NCBI GenBank assembly: GCA_963678065.2
Contig: CAXXVZ010000003.1
Coordinates: 64,001-128,000, forward strand
Origin: Treponemataceae bacterium
GTDB lineage: Bacteria; Spirochaetota; Spirochaetia; Treponematales; Rectinemataceae
DNA length: 64,000 nucleotides
Reading direction: 5' to 3'
The notes under the pieces are model-generated. The model was not told where the DNA came from and ran no database searches. It saw nothing but the letters and a program-made list of their open reading frames with translations. The position numbers were made by a program, and so were the translations under genes. This document shows positions 50,013-60,612 of this stretch, piece by piece. The stretch's first letter is position 1. Each line of letters opens with the position of its first letter.

Positions 50013-51447
50013 ATATTATGAGTATACGATCTTGAGGGAGGAAACGAAGAAAGGTAACATTGGAATTGTACGGAAGTAGAAGGAAGATGAAGGTTGGGCT
50101 TAACCTGGGACACAGAGCCCGATTGCAGATTAACCAGCCTTCTTCGGACAATCCCTTGGGATCGTTTTTAAATCGACGAAAACCCGGATAGAAGTATGAA
50201 GGCCTACTACTTGTTTCCAAGATAGAGGCTTCGATTCTGCCTGATACTTCTGGTGTACAATACGGGGGAGGATGGAGATGACCGAAAAGGAAAGGATCAC
50301 CAACGTCAGTGAATGTGAAGAAATCGAGGCGAGTTATTATGGCATCGATCTTCATAAGGATCAAATAACCTGGCATTGCATCGATCGGACATCGAAGGGG
50401 ATTTTGGTTCGTAGAACAGGGAAGATATTGACGGATCGTATCCATGAGGATTTCATTCCGATGCTGCGCAAGGAAAAATGCTATGTAATCGTGGAAGCCT
50501 CCGGGTCAACTTTTTTCTTCCACAGCCTGATACAAAGCCACTGCACGAAGGCGATCATCGTCAATCCATCTGCTTTCCGGGAACTGTATATGACCGGGAA
50601 AAAGACAGACCGGATCGACGCGAAGAAATTGGCTGACCGGCTGATGTACCACATAGAGATGGAGGACGGCGACGATGGATTTCCCGAAGTATTTGTTCCG
50701 GACGAGGAAGCCCTGAAGATCCGCAAACTGGTAACAACCTATGAATTATTGGTTAAGCAGATTACCCAGGCAAAGAACCAAGTGAAGGCCATCTTCCGTT
50801 CAAAAATAATTAATGTCGATGTAGACGTGTTGGATAATGGACTGGAAATAGCCCTACAAAATGTGAGCCTGGACAACGCGGACAAAATTATCGTTCGGTC
50901 GCTCAAAGGATTGTACGATACTTTGTGTCGCGAGAAACAGACCATCAAGGAAGCGATACTCTCCATAGGAGTACGCCGATTTCGAGACGAAATAGCGCTT
51001 CTCACCAGTATATCAGGAGTAAGCATCATCGGGTCGATTGTCTTCATGTCAGATATAGTAACTGTAGGACGCTTTGATTCCGCCAAGAAGTTGACATCCT
51101 ATTTGGCCAGCGTCGGAAAGGTAGACGCATCGGGAAATACTACGAAGAACGGCGGACTCAACAAACGTGGAAGGCGAACCTCGTACCGTTTCATCCTGCA
51201 AGGCCTTGAACATATAGTCAATGGTAACGAAGGGTTCCAGCGATTCAGGGCAAGGCATGCCTCGAAGCGATCAAACAAAATAAGGGCGGCAATTGTACGC
51301 AAGACCTTTGTCACGATGTATTACATGTTAAAGAATCATGACATGTACCGTTTTCTGAATAAATCCATCTATACTCGGAAAATAAGGGAACTGAACAAGA
51401 TCAAAAAAATAATTGAAAAAGCGGCTTGACGGATTTTCTCATAGAAG
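50013..51447 (+). mobile_element. IS110/IS1111-family element, 1435 bp
   Basis: Recombinase 50272-51429 with GIDLHK, VEASG, KTDRIDA, ASG; AAG core on both sides; ATGAG/CTCAT subterminal IR. Confidence 0.92.
50026..50265 (+). ncRNA. Candidate bridge/seek RNA
   Basis: ~250 bp non-coding end behind a junction promoter; contains GCTTAACCT (complement of the target) and ATAGAAG (donor junction); ends approximate. Confidence 0.6.
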
Positions 51448-51538
51448 GTTAAGCAAATGTTGGGTTGACGCTTCGCGCGATGAATATAATTGAGATACGA
51501 TCCCAATTTATGTATTGGTGAAATAGAAAGGACAAAAA

Positions 51539-52555
51539 ATGAATATTCTTATTACTGGCGGGTTTGGGAATATTGGTCTTTTAGTTGTCGAAGAATGCCT
51601 AAAGCGCGGTCATAAGGTAACTGTCTTTGATGTGCCAAGTAAAAGAAATATAAGTTTTTCTAGAAAGTATACCACCAAAGGCATAAAGGTCTTTTTAGGA
51701 AACATTCTTGACTATGATGAAATAAGAAAGGCTACAATTGATCAAGATGTCGTCATTCATTTAGCGGCAATTCTTCCTCCAAAGAGTGAGGAAAACCCCA
51801 AATTATGCAAAGCAGTAAATGTTAATGGGACGGAAAATGTAATTAAAGCTTTAAAAGAAGAAAAATATGCGCCTGCTTTCATAGAAGTATCTTCAGCAAG
51901 TGTAATGGGACATACGCAAGATAGGAATCCACCTATACTGCCTGATGATATCCTTATATCGTCCGATGTCTACTCAAGTACAAAAATAGAAGCTGAATCA
52001 TTAGTTAAAGAATCAGGGCTTCCATTTTGTATTCTTAGGCTTTCCGCAGTAATACCTACAGTAATAAACATATCAAGTCTCTTATCTATGGTTAAAATAT
52101 TGTTCGATATGCCGCTAGATGCACGTTGCGAAATTGTTTTTGATATAGATGTAGCATATGCGCTTGTGTCGACAGCGGAAAAGGTGACAAAATCTAAAGA
52201 AATGCTTGGGGTAAAAGGCTTTATAGCTGGAGGAAAACAAAACGGATGTCAGACTATAGTAAAAGAGTTCATAAAGAGCATTTTTGAACCTTTAGGACTA
52301 CAAATTCCGCACGAGTCCCTTTTCCCAAAGGATTATAACTCATATTACTTGGATTGGTATGATACAAAGGAAACGCAGGACATTTTGGGCTATCAGCGCC
52401 ATTCAATTGAAGATTGGCAAGCCTTAATCAAAAAAAAGTATGGACCTCTTCTTCCGCTAATTCCATTATTCAAAACAGTAATATCAAATTGGCTTGAAAA
52501 GAAATCTCCACGACTAAATGAAAGTAGGAATAGTCGAAAAGCAAAAAAAACCTAA
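51539..52555 (+). CDS. Cassette 11: NAD-dependent epimerase/dehydratase
   Basis: ITGGFGNIG, HLAA, YSSTK. Confidence 0.88.
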   Translation: MNILITGGFGNIGLLVVEECLKRGHKVTVFDVPSKRNISFSRKYTTKGIKVFLGNILDYDEIRKATIDQDVVIHLAAILPPKSEENPKLCKAVNVNGTENVIKALKEEKYAPAFIEVSSASVMGHTQDRNPPILPDDILISSDVYSSTKIEAESLVKESGLPFCILRLSAVIPTVINISSLLSMVKILFDMPLDARCEIVFDIDVAYALVSTAEKVTKSKEMLGVKGFIAGGKQNGCQTIVKEFIKSIFEPLGLQIPHESLFPKDYNSYYLDWYDTKETQDILGYQRHSIEDWQALIKKKYGPLLPLIPLFKTVISNWLEKKSPRLNESRNSRKAKKT

Positions 52556-52673
52556 CACATGCTTCAACCTTATAAATCCTTTGGCATGGTTTGTGCAGGA
52601 ACAACAATGCACAAACCACGCCAAGCCTTCGCTTCGCTCAGGCGCGGATTTAAAGGTTAAGCGTATGTTAGGT
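52550..52673 (+). repeat. attC11
   Basis: ACCTAAC...GTTAGGT. Confidence 0.92.
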
Positions 52674-52696
52674 TGACCCTTCGGGCAGTAGTTTTG

Positions 52697-53263
52697 ATGA
52701 GTACAGAGATGAAAAAAGCCTATTTCGAGATTACAATTTACGAACTCCAATCCTTGGCTAAGTGGTCTTCCGATTACGCTAGGCGTGCACTCCCGATTTA
52801 TGAGAAATTCGACCCAGCGGACGATCGGCCGCGAAATGCCGTTGATGCGGCCGCGAACTTCGCTCTTGGCGGAGGGAGGACAAACGCCTTGCGCAAGATC
52901 GCGATGGAGGCGTTTCGCGCTTCATCGAGTTCGAGCGCCCCAATTGCCGCATTTGCAGCTAGATCTGCCAGCTTTGCGGCTGCGAGCGCGTTCACACATC
53001 CCTTCGCCGACACCAACCAAGCGAGGCACATACTTGGAGCTGCCGTATGTTCAGCAATGGCATTTGAGTTGGCTGCTGGTTGCGACCCCAATGTTGGTCA
53101 AATACAAATCGCTTCAGCCGCCGAGGCCGCTCCGGATGCGGTATTGAGTTTGCTTGCCAAGATGCCTTCGCAAACTGACGGAAGAACTCGACTAGATGAA
53201 CTCTACGTTCTCCTCGATCTAGCCCTAAGGAGGAGACACCTTGGACTGGTGTCGGAACTCTGA
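52697..53263 (+). CDS. Cassette 12 gene 1: Imm5-like protein
   Basis: ARRALPIYE..P.DDRPRNAVDAA, Ala-rich helices. Confidence 0.7.
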   Translation: MSTEMKKAYFEITIYELQSLAKWSSDYARRALPIYEKFDPADDRPRNAVDAAANFALGGGRTNALRKIAMEAFRASSSSSAPIAAFAARSASFAAASAFTHPFADTNQARHILGAAVCSAMAFELAAGCDPNVGQIQIASAAEAAPDAVLSLLAKMPSQTDGRTRLDELYVLLDLALRRRHLGLVSEL

Positions 53264-53703
53264 TGGGAACTGACAGTCTGATGGACGATCTACATTCGGC
53301 AATTGTGGTTGCTCAAACGGGTGACCATTCTGAAGCACGGCGACTGTTCACCGAAATTGTACCGCGTTTAGGGGACGACGCAGGAAAGAACTGCATTCTG
53401 GCTCACTATATGGCCGACGTTCAGGATAGCGTTGCAGATGAACTACTTTGGGACCTGAGGTCACTACATCACCTCAAACAGGTGACCGAGGACCAAATTG
53501 AGGTGCTTGGCTCATCCCTGAGGACAAAAGGGTTCTATGCATCAATCTACTTGAACATCGCTAACTGCTACATGAAACTCGGAGAACGGGACCAACTAAT
53601 CAAGTATCTTGACCTTGCGGATGCCAGTTGTGATTTGCTGGACCAGGACGAATACGGAAACTTCATTCGAAGTAGAGTTGCCCTATTGCGTAGTAGAACA
53701 TGA
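53263..53703 (+). CDS. Cassette 12 gene 2: TPR-like hypothetical protein
   Basis: TGATG coupling to gene 1; LAHYMADVQD, FYASIYLNIANCY. Confidence 0.65.
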   Translation: MGTDSLMDDLHSAIVVAQTGDHSEARRLFTEIVPRLGDDAGKNCILAHYMADVQDSVADELLWDLRSLHHLKQVTEDQIEVLGSSLRTKGFYASIYLNIANCYMKLGERDQLIKYLDLADASCDLLDQDEYGNFIRSRVALLRSRT

Positions 53704-53817
53704 ACCTAACATTGTTTTCAACCTGACGGCGCCCTTTGGCATGTAATTTGATATAGGATATCAAATTGCATGCCAATCGCTTCGCGAACGGGCTTGCAGG
53801 TTAAAACAGCGTTAGAA
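53704..53817 (+). repeat. attC12 (divergent type)
   Basis: ACCTAAC-5-TTTCAACC...GGTTAAA-5-GTTAGAA. Confidence 0.88.
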
Positions 53818-54120
53818 TGACTAAAGCATACCGATAGAGAGAAAGGATTTGAGGTGAAGAAGAGCTGCGCAAAGAGACCGTGGAAAAGCCGCCTGAAAGA
53901 ACTCTCTATGCGTTCGCAGAAAAAGGCGGCGGGAGAACGGTCGAAGAGCGCAGCAAGACTTAGAAAAATGGGAATAAGAGATCACACCGAGAGGTTTGCT
54001 GGTACGAAGAGCGTCGCGAGGAACCGTCCCAGGAGCGCGCAGTCGCGCGCACGAGAATGGGACGGCGAAAAAAGCGCCGCAAGATTGTGGCGACAGATGA
54101 CTGTTGTTCTAACAACTGCT

Positions 54121-56039
54121 GTGTGCCACGAAATCTGATGGGCACTTTTGAATAGTGATTCAGGAGGTGTCATAAGAGCTGTACGACAGATGAGGAAACA
54201 CCGGGGTAGCTGGTGTGAGCCTCGGGATCTGCTTGCAGGAGCCGGTCTCAAACCGCCAGAAGCTGCTTGGATAAAGAGTCCCGGTGGTGAACGTATCTGG
54301 TTAAAAGGCCCCCGCATGACGGGGTCAGGTGTGGTATCAGGAGGCGAACGAAAGTGAACCGACCGATGAGGTGTCGAAAGTGAGTTTGATGAGGTCAAAA
54401 GCAGTGATTAGCTAGTGCGCTGTGAAAAGAGTCCATCGGGAAACCTGTGTACTGGGTGGACGGCCTCCGGCATTAAGGCGGCGTGAATTGATACTGGGCT
54501 GTTGTATGGAACGTGGGAACCTGTCGTTCCGATGTGAAGGGAGAACCTCAAGCGGCGAACCCGACGAGAGGGAGAGTACCGATGCGGAGCACAGGGACGT
54601 CGCCAGGATGGCGCCGGCTCGTAGTAGTGATGAAGTTCCTGTAACGGGAATGGAGCGAAGGGGCCGACATACTCGTGTCTTTTCTGAACGCCAACTGGCG
54701 ACAGGATGAACGGATGGGAAAGGCAAAACCGTTTGACATACCGAAGCGACTCGTATGGAAGGCATACCAGCGTGTACGGGCGAACGATGGGGCGGCGGGG
54801 ATCGATGGACAGACGCTTGAGAAGTTTGACGGGAAGCTCTCGAAGAATCTCTACAAGCTCTGGAACCGGATGTCCTCGGGCAGCTATCATCCAGACCCAG
54901 TGAAGAGGGTGGAGATTCCGAAGAAGAGCGGAGGAACGCGAGTGTTGGGAATACCGACAGTCGCGGATCGAATCGCGCAAATGACCGCGCGGTTGTGTTT
55001 CGAGCCCATGGTGGAGCCAGGGTTCCATGACGATTCCTACGGATATCGACCGGGGAAATCAGCCCACCAGGCCGTGGCGAAAGCCCGGGAACGGTGCTGG
55101 AAATACGACTGGGTCATCGATCTGGACATCAAGGGATTCTTTGATACCATCGAGTGGGAGCTCATGATGAAGGCGGTGGCGTTTCACAAGCCGCCCGAGT
55201 GGGTTCGGCTGTATATCGAGCGATGGCTCAGAGCCCCGGCAAAGGATGACGCGGGAACGATCATTGAGAGGGATACGGGAACGCCGCAGGGTGGGGTGAT
55301 AAGCCCGCTGCTGGCGAATCTGTTTCTGCAGTACGCCTTCGACATGTGGATGGAACGGAGACACGGGGGAAACCCTTTCGAGCGCTATGCTGACGACATC
55401 GTCAACCACTGCCGGACACAGGCGGAGGCAGAAAATCTCCTCGAAGAGATCAAGCTGCGATTGGCCGAGTGCAAGCTGACGGTACATCCGGAGAAGACGA
55501 AGATCGTGTATTGCAAGGATCGGAACCGTAGGGGAGACTATGAAAGGACCGAGTTTGACTTCCTCGGCTTCACCTTCAGGCCGCGCACGGCGAGGGGGAA
55601 GAACGGGAAGCTCTTCGTGGCCTTTACCCCGGCGATCAGCAGAAAATCCGAGCAGGCGATCAAGGACACGATCCGGACGTGGCGAATCCAGAGGGCGGCG
55701 ACAGCGACCCTCGAAAGTTTGTCGAAACTGTACAACTCGAAGCTTGCGGGATGGTTTGCCTACTACGGGAGATTTCGGCCATCGGCAATGTACGGAATCT
55801 TGTGCATGTTCCAGAAAATCCTCGTAAAATGGGCAAAGTGCACATACAAGCGCCTGAAGAGGAGCTGGCTGAAGGCCGCCGAACTCATGAAGAATGCAGC
55901 TGACAACAAGAAGCACTTGTTCATTCACTGGGAGCATGGATGATATGCCAATGGTAGAGTGTGAAGAGCCGTATGATGGGAGACTATCACGTACGGTTCC
56001 GTGAGAGGCTGGGGGTGAAAATCCCCCGGCCTACTCGAC
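54121..56039 (+). mobile_element. Full-length group II intron (RmInt1-like, bacterial class D/IIB)
   Basis: GTGTG start; DV GAGCCGTATG...CACGTACGGTTC at 55966-55999; ...CTACTCGAC end; precise removal restores attC. Confidence 0.92.
54714..55943 (+). CDS. ltrA: Intron-encoded reverse transcriptase/maturase, no endonuclease domain
   Basis: NLYKLWNRMSSGSY, LGIPTVADR, GTPQGG, RYADD, FDFLG, LFIHW. Confidence 0.95.
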   Translation: MGKAKPFDIPKRLVWKAYQRVRANDGAAGIDGQTLEKFDGKLSKNLYKLWNRMSSGSYHPDPVKRVEIPKKSGGTRVLGIPTVADRIAQMTARLCFEPMVEPGFHDDSYGYRPGKSAHQAVAKARERCWKYDWVIDLDIKGFFDTIEWELMMKAVAFHKPPEWVRLYIERWLRAPAKDDAGTIIERDTGTPQGGVISPLLANLFLQYAFDMWMERRHGGNPFERYADDIVNHCRTQAEAENLLEEIKLRLAECKLTVHPEKTKIVYCKDRNRRGDYERTEFDFLGFTFRPRTARGKNGKLFVAFTPAISRKSEQAIKDTIRTWRIQRAATATLESLSKLYNSKLAGWFAYYGRFRPSAMYGILCMFQKILVKWAKCTYKRLKRSWLKAAELMKNAADNKKHLFIHWEHG

Positions 56040-56180
56040 TCAACCTTACAAATCCTTTGGCATGGTTCTTGCGAAAGATTACGCAAGAACCATGCCAAGC
56101 CCTACGGGCACGGATTTAAAGGTTAAGCGAATGTTAGCCGGACGCCGAATCTATTCACACCAATAAGGAGATTTCCCGAA

Positions 56181-56927
56181 ATGGACATTCCACGGATCTT
56201 CAACATCACCGAAAGTGCTCACCGCATCCATAATCCGTTCACACCCGAAAAGCTCGCCACTCTCGGCGCGGCGCTACGTCTGGAAACGGGGACCCGAGTG
56301 CTCGACCTCGGCAGCGGTTCGGGGGAGATGCTGTGCACCTGGGCACGTGATTACGGAGTCATCGGCACCGGCATCGACATGAGCCAGTTGTTCACCGAGC
56401 AAGCGAAACTCCGTGCTGTAGAACTCGGCGTCGCCGATCAAGTCAAGTTCATCCATGGCGATGCTTCCGGCTATGTCTCTGACGAGAAGGCCAGCGTGGC
56501 AGCCTGTGTCGGTGCCACTTGGATCGCCGGGGGAGTCATCGGCACTATCGAGCTTCTGGCGCGGAGCCTGTGCACCGGAGGGATCATCCTCATCGGCGAG
56601 CCCTACTGGCGGCAGTTACCGCCGACGGAAGATGTTGCCAAGGGGTGTCTTGCCAACTCAATCTCCGATTTTCTCATGCTTCCAGAACTTCTCGCGTCTT
56701 TCAGCCATTTTGGCTACGACGTCGTTGAAATGGTTCTGGCTGACCAAGACGGCTGGGACAGATACGAGGCGGCCAAATGGCTCACCATGCGCCGATGGCT
56801 TGAAGCCAATCCTGACGACGAGTTCGCGAAAGATGTTCGAGCCAAACTGACCTCGGAGCCCGAGCGCTACGCCACTTACACGCGTGAATACCTGGGCTGG
56901 GGTGTGTTCGCGCTGATGCCGCGGTGA
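56181..56927 (+). CDS. Cassette 14: class I SAM methyltransferase
   Basis: VLDLGSGSGE, GID, HGDA, IGEPYW; GC-richer than most cassettes. Confidence 0.88.
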   Translation: MDIPRIFNITESAHRIHNPFTPEKLATLGAALRLETGTRVLDLGSGSGEMLCTWARDYGVIGTGIDMSQLFTEQAKLRAVELGVADQVKFIHGDASGYVSDEKASVAACVGATWIAGGVIGTIELLARSLCTGGIILIGEPYWRQLPPTEDVAKGCLANSISDFLMLPELLASFSHFGYDVVEMVLADQDGWDRYEAAKWLTMRRWLEANPDDEFAKDVRAKLTSEPERYATYTREYLGWGVFALMPR

Positions 56928-57078
56928 TGCGTTAGCGCATCCGGCGGATCGTCAACGGCTGTGCCGCGCAACAGCTGGTGGCTCGTCACAATGTGATTGC
57001 GCCTGAATTCATTTCTTATGGTCTGGTTATCCATGCAATCAACAGAAAGGCCTGTCTCAGGCAGGCCTAACAATTCAT

Positions 57079-57306
57079 GTGTGCCACGAGATCTGATGGG
57101 CACCTTTGAATGGAGATTCAGGAGGTGTCATAGGAGCTATGCGACAGATGAGGAACCATTTTCGCAAGGAAACGGGAGCCTCTGGATCTGCTTGTAGGGG
57201 CCGGTCTCAAACCGCCAGAAGCTGCTTGGATAAAGAGTCGACGAGAGGGAGAGTACCGATGCGGAGCACAGGGGCGTCGCCAGGATGGCGCCGGCTCGTA
57301 GTAGTG
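57079..57306 (+). mobile_element. Group II intron 5' remnant with internal deletion
   Basis: Aligns to 54121-54280, then 54563-54629; follows GCCTAACAATTCAT. Confidence 0.88.
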
Positions 57307-57559
57307 GCGCTGCCGGAAAACAGGGTAGTAGCTGTTTTGGGTTTTGTGGATTCTGGCGGAACAAGGCGAAAGCCTGGATTTTCCGCGCAGATTTCCGCAT
57401 TCCCCGAAATGACAGTTCCTAACAGTCGGGGGGTGATGCCACCAGTTGTCATGATGGGGGAGTATATCGCGGGAATCGGGGCGAGCAACGGGAGGAGGGA
57501 TTCGTCGTCGGCTTGCCTTGACAAGGGAAAGCATGGCGACCCATGCTTCATGCTCCACT

Positions 57560-58495
57560 ATGAAAATCGATAGGCTCCTGTCCATCGTCGTCTACCTTCT
57601 CAACCGTGATCTGGTGAGCGCGAGCGCACTGGCGAAACGTTTCGGCGTTTCGGTTCGGACGATTCAGAGGGACATGGAAGCAATCGATCTGGCAGGCATT
57701 CCGGTGATCAGCGTCCAGGGGCCGTCGGGCGGCTACGGCATCATGGACGGCTATAAGATGGATCGGCGCTTGGTGACCGTGGACGACCTCTTCTTCATCA
57801 TCACCGCGCTACGCGGCATCGAAGATTCGCTGGACGACCGCCGGATAGGCGACGCCTTGGAGAAGATGCGTGGGCTATTGCCGTCGGCGAACGATAATGG
57901 ATTCAAGGACAGGGAAGAGAAACTCCATATCGATTTCAGCATGCTCGGAGGCGGGCCGGACCAGCGGCGGGTATTCAAGACCGTTCAAGAGGCCGTGAAC
58001 TCGGGTCGGCTTCTTAAGATGGACTACACCAATAACCGGTTGGAACGCGAGTCGCGGATCGTGGAACCGATGACGATCGTGTTCCAGTGGCGCTCGTGGT
58101 ACCTGTTCGCCTATTGCCGCCTCCGAGAAGGGTACCGGCTCTTCCGGATTTCGCGGATTAGGGAGCCGAAGATCCTGGACGAACGCTTCCGGCGGCGGAA
58201 TTACGGTTACGAGGAGTTTTCCCGGGAGAACGATCCGGAGCGGACGGGGAACGTCGTGGAACTGACCCTGAAATTCTCAGGCCGGATGGTCCCAGTGGTG
58301 GAAGAGTTCTACAACAAGGAAGACTTGGAACGAACGGCGGACGGCGGCCTTATCGCCAAAACGCGTATGCCCGAGGACGGTTGGATGTACGGCTATATCT
58401 TGAGCTACGGAGCCTTCGTGGAAGTGCTCGACCCCCCCCATATCCGGGACATCATAAAGTCCGCCGCCCGGCACATTCTGCGAATATACGAATAA
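57560..58495 (+). CDS. YafY-type HTH-WYL transcription factor
   Basis: MKIDRLLSI, VSVRTIQRD, GGY, RIVEP, WYLFAYC, FRISRI. Confidence 0.92.
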   Translation: MKIDRLLSIVVYLLNRDLVSASALAKRFGVSVRTIQRDMEAIDLAGIPVISVQGPSGGYGIMDGYKMDRRLVTVDDLFFIITALRGIEDSLDDRRIGDALEKMRGLLPSANDNGFKDREEKLHIDFSMLGGGPDQRRVFKTVQEAVNSGRLLKMDYTNNRLERESRIVEPMTIVFQWRSWYLFAYCRLREGYRLFRISRIREPKILDERFRRRNYGYEEFSRENDPERTGNVVELTLKFSGRMVPVVEEFYNKEDLERTADGGLIAKTRMPEDGWMYGYILSYGAFVEVLDPPHIRDIIKSAARHILRIYE

Positions 58496-58508
58496 TTGTT
58501 TTTATCCC

Positions 58509-58524
58509 CGACATACAGGTGTCG
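58509..58524 (+). promoter_or_regulatory. Palindromic putative WYL operator
   Basis: CGACA-6 nt-TGTCG between the WYL and GyrI genes. Confidence 0.55.
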
Positions 58525-58571
58525 TATACCCTATGCGATGATCGGTCTATCAATCGATTACGGAGGTATTT

Positions 58572-59024
58572 ATGCAGATCATTGAAAGGAAGGAAACACC
58601 CGTCCTATCCGTCCGCTACAGGACGCCGGCGGCGGAACTGCCGAACAGCATGGGCCGGATTTACGGGGAGATCGCGATGTACATGGGTAAGAGCGGCATT
58701 CCCTTCGCCGGACCGCCTTTCGCAATGTACTACAACATGGACATGAACGACCTGGACGTGGAGATCGGGTTTCCGTTGGCCAAGGCCGCGGTCGGCGAAG
58801 GACGGATCGCGGCAGGCAAGCTGCCGGGAGGCTCCTTCGCGACGGCCAAGCATACAGGTCCATACACGACCATTGAGGCGACGTACAACGCGCTGACAGC
58901 CTTCGTGAAGGACAAAGACGTCCAGATGGAAACCTTCATGTTCGAGGAATACCTCAATTCGCCCGAGGATACTCCGCCTGAAAAGCTTGAGACGGTGATC
59001 TACTTCCCGTTGAAAAGGGCCTGA
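58572..59024 (+). CDS. GyrI-like small-molecule binding protein
   Basis: GPPFAMY, VEIGFP, HTGPY, EEYLNSP, ETVIYFP. Confidence 0.88.
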   Translation: MQIIERKETPVLSVRYRTPAAELPNSMGRIYGEIAMYMGKSGIPFAGPPFAMYYNMDMNDLDVEIGFPLAKAAVGEGRIAAGKLPGGSFATAKHTGPYTTIEATYNALTAFVKDKDVQMETFMFEEYLNSPEDTPPEKLETVIYFPLKRA

Positions 59025-59402
59025 AAACGGGGCCGACCGCTTCCAGCACCCGGCAAAGGCCGGATGCAGCGGCGGTCGGCCAATCCGGGGAGCGCCCATG
59101 TACGCGTAGGACAACCGAATACCCCTTCGAATTCCTCAAGAACCCGGAAGAACCGATATTTTGGGGGAGCATAACGTTGCAGCGCTTTTCAAATAGGAAC
59201 TGCGAAATCATACTGAACAAGCTTTAAACTTCCGACGCACCTGTTTCCAGCAGCAACATCAAGGACGCACCCAATATTTTACGAAAGACCATCACCGAGG
59301 GGTGAGATATGATCAATTGTTGTGGACAGGGGAATAGGAAACGGACGTTCATTTCCGGTAGGGTTTTGTCGCCAAACGAAACCACCGAAAGGGAGAACGT
59401 CC

Positions 59403-60463
59403 GTGCGACAGACTACAATCAAGCCTCAAAATGATGCAATGCCCGAAACCATGCTGGTGCTGGAAGCCCTCATACGAGAGGGAGCCCGAAAACTGCTCCA
59501 TGCAGCATTGGAAGATGAAATCGAAGCGCATCTTGCCCGGTATCGTGATCTGAAAGACACAAACGAGAGACAGTGTGTGGTGAGAAACGGATACCAGCCG
59601 GAACGGACAGTCCTCACGGGAGCAGGACCCATTCCGGTCAAGCGTCCACGGGTAGACGACAGGATATTGGCAAAAACAGGCGACGAGCGTTTCACAAGTA
59701 CGATATTGCCGAAGTTTATGAGACGGGCGGCGAGCATCGATTCCCTCGTACCTGCGCTGTACCTGAAAGGGATTTCCACCGATGATTTTCCGACAGCCTT
59801 GGAGGCAATCCTGGGTCCACAGGCAAAGGGGCTTTCAGCAACCACGGTAGTACGGCTGAAAGAAGTGTGGACCGATGAATACGAGGAATGGAATAAGCGG
59901 GATGTGAGCGGGAAGCGATATGTGTCCATCTGGGCCGATGGGGTGTACTGCTCTGCACGGCTCGAAGATGAACGATCCTGCTTTCTGGTTATCATGGGCG
60001 CTGATTCATTCGGTAAAAAGGAATTGCTTGCTGTTTCCGACGGTTTCAGGGAAAGCGCGCAGTCCTGGAGAGAGCTTCTTCTCGGCCTTCGCTCTAGGGG
60101 ACTTGTCCACGTACCTTCCCTTGCTGTCTGTGACGGTGCCATGGGATTCCAGGCGGCGGCTGCGGAAGTATGGCCGGAAACAAGAATCCAACGCTGCTGG
60201 TTCCATAAGTCCGGCAATGTCGTGGATACGCTGCCCAGTTCTATCCAGGCAAAGGCCAAGGACATGCTCCACGACCAGTATCTCGCGCCGACGAAAGAGG
60301 ACGCGCTCAAGGCTTTCAGCCTGTTCATTGAAACATTCGGAGCCAAATATCCGAAAGCGGTGGAATGCTTGACAAAGGACAAGGACGACCTGTTCGCCTT
60401 CTACGATTTTCCTGCTGCCCATTGGGTACATATTCGGACGACGAATCCTATTGAATCGACATT
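59403..60463 (+). pseudogene. IS256-family transposase, 3'-truncated
   Basis: RNGY, LYLKGIST, WADG, DGFRES, QRCWFHK, RTTNPIEST, then a break. Confidence 0.88.
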
Positions 60464-60612
60464 ACCAATGTCATCAAGGCTCAGTCGACTCTTTTCGCCC
60501 ATTGGGAGTGGGGGGGTACGGTACAGGCAGAATATGAAGAGCCGTATGAATCAAGAGATTCACGTACGGTTCCGTGAGGGGCTGAGGGTGAGATTTCCTC
60601 GGCCCACTCGAC
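60464..60612 (+). mobile_element. Group II intron 3' remnant (IEP tail, DV, DVI)
   Basis: Alternative frame LFAHWE; DV at 60539-60572; ends CCACTCGAC; followed by attC body. Confidence 0.88.

Larger units (their letters stand above)
49907..51465 (+). repeat. attC10, interrupted at L' by an IS110-family element
   Basis: ACCCAAC...GGCTTTAAAG | IS | GTTAAGCAAATGTTGGGT. Confidence 0.9.
54107..56139 (+). repeat. attC13, interrupted in L'' by a group II intron
   Basis: TTCTAACAACTGCT | intron | TCAACCTTACAAATCC...GTTAGCC. Confidence 0.92.

Noticed and set aside
35414..53817. Recurrent ~120-bp palindromic repeats as a CRISPR array or REP elements
   Set aside because: Spacers are whole genes, the repeats have attC R/L boxes, intI is adjacent, and there are no cas genes.
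54675..55943. RT as a retron, DGR or defence RT
   Set aside because: It is flanked by a GTGTG start, DV/DVI and precise exon junctions, so it is a group II IEP.
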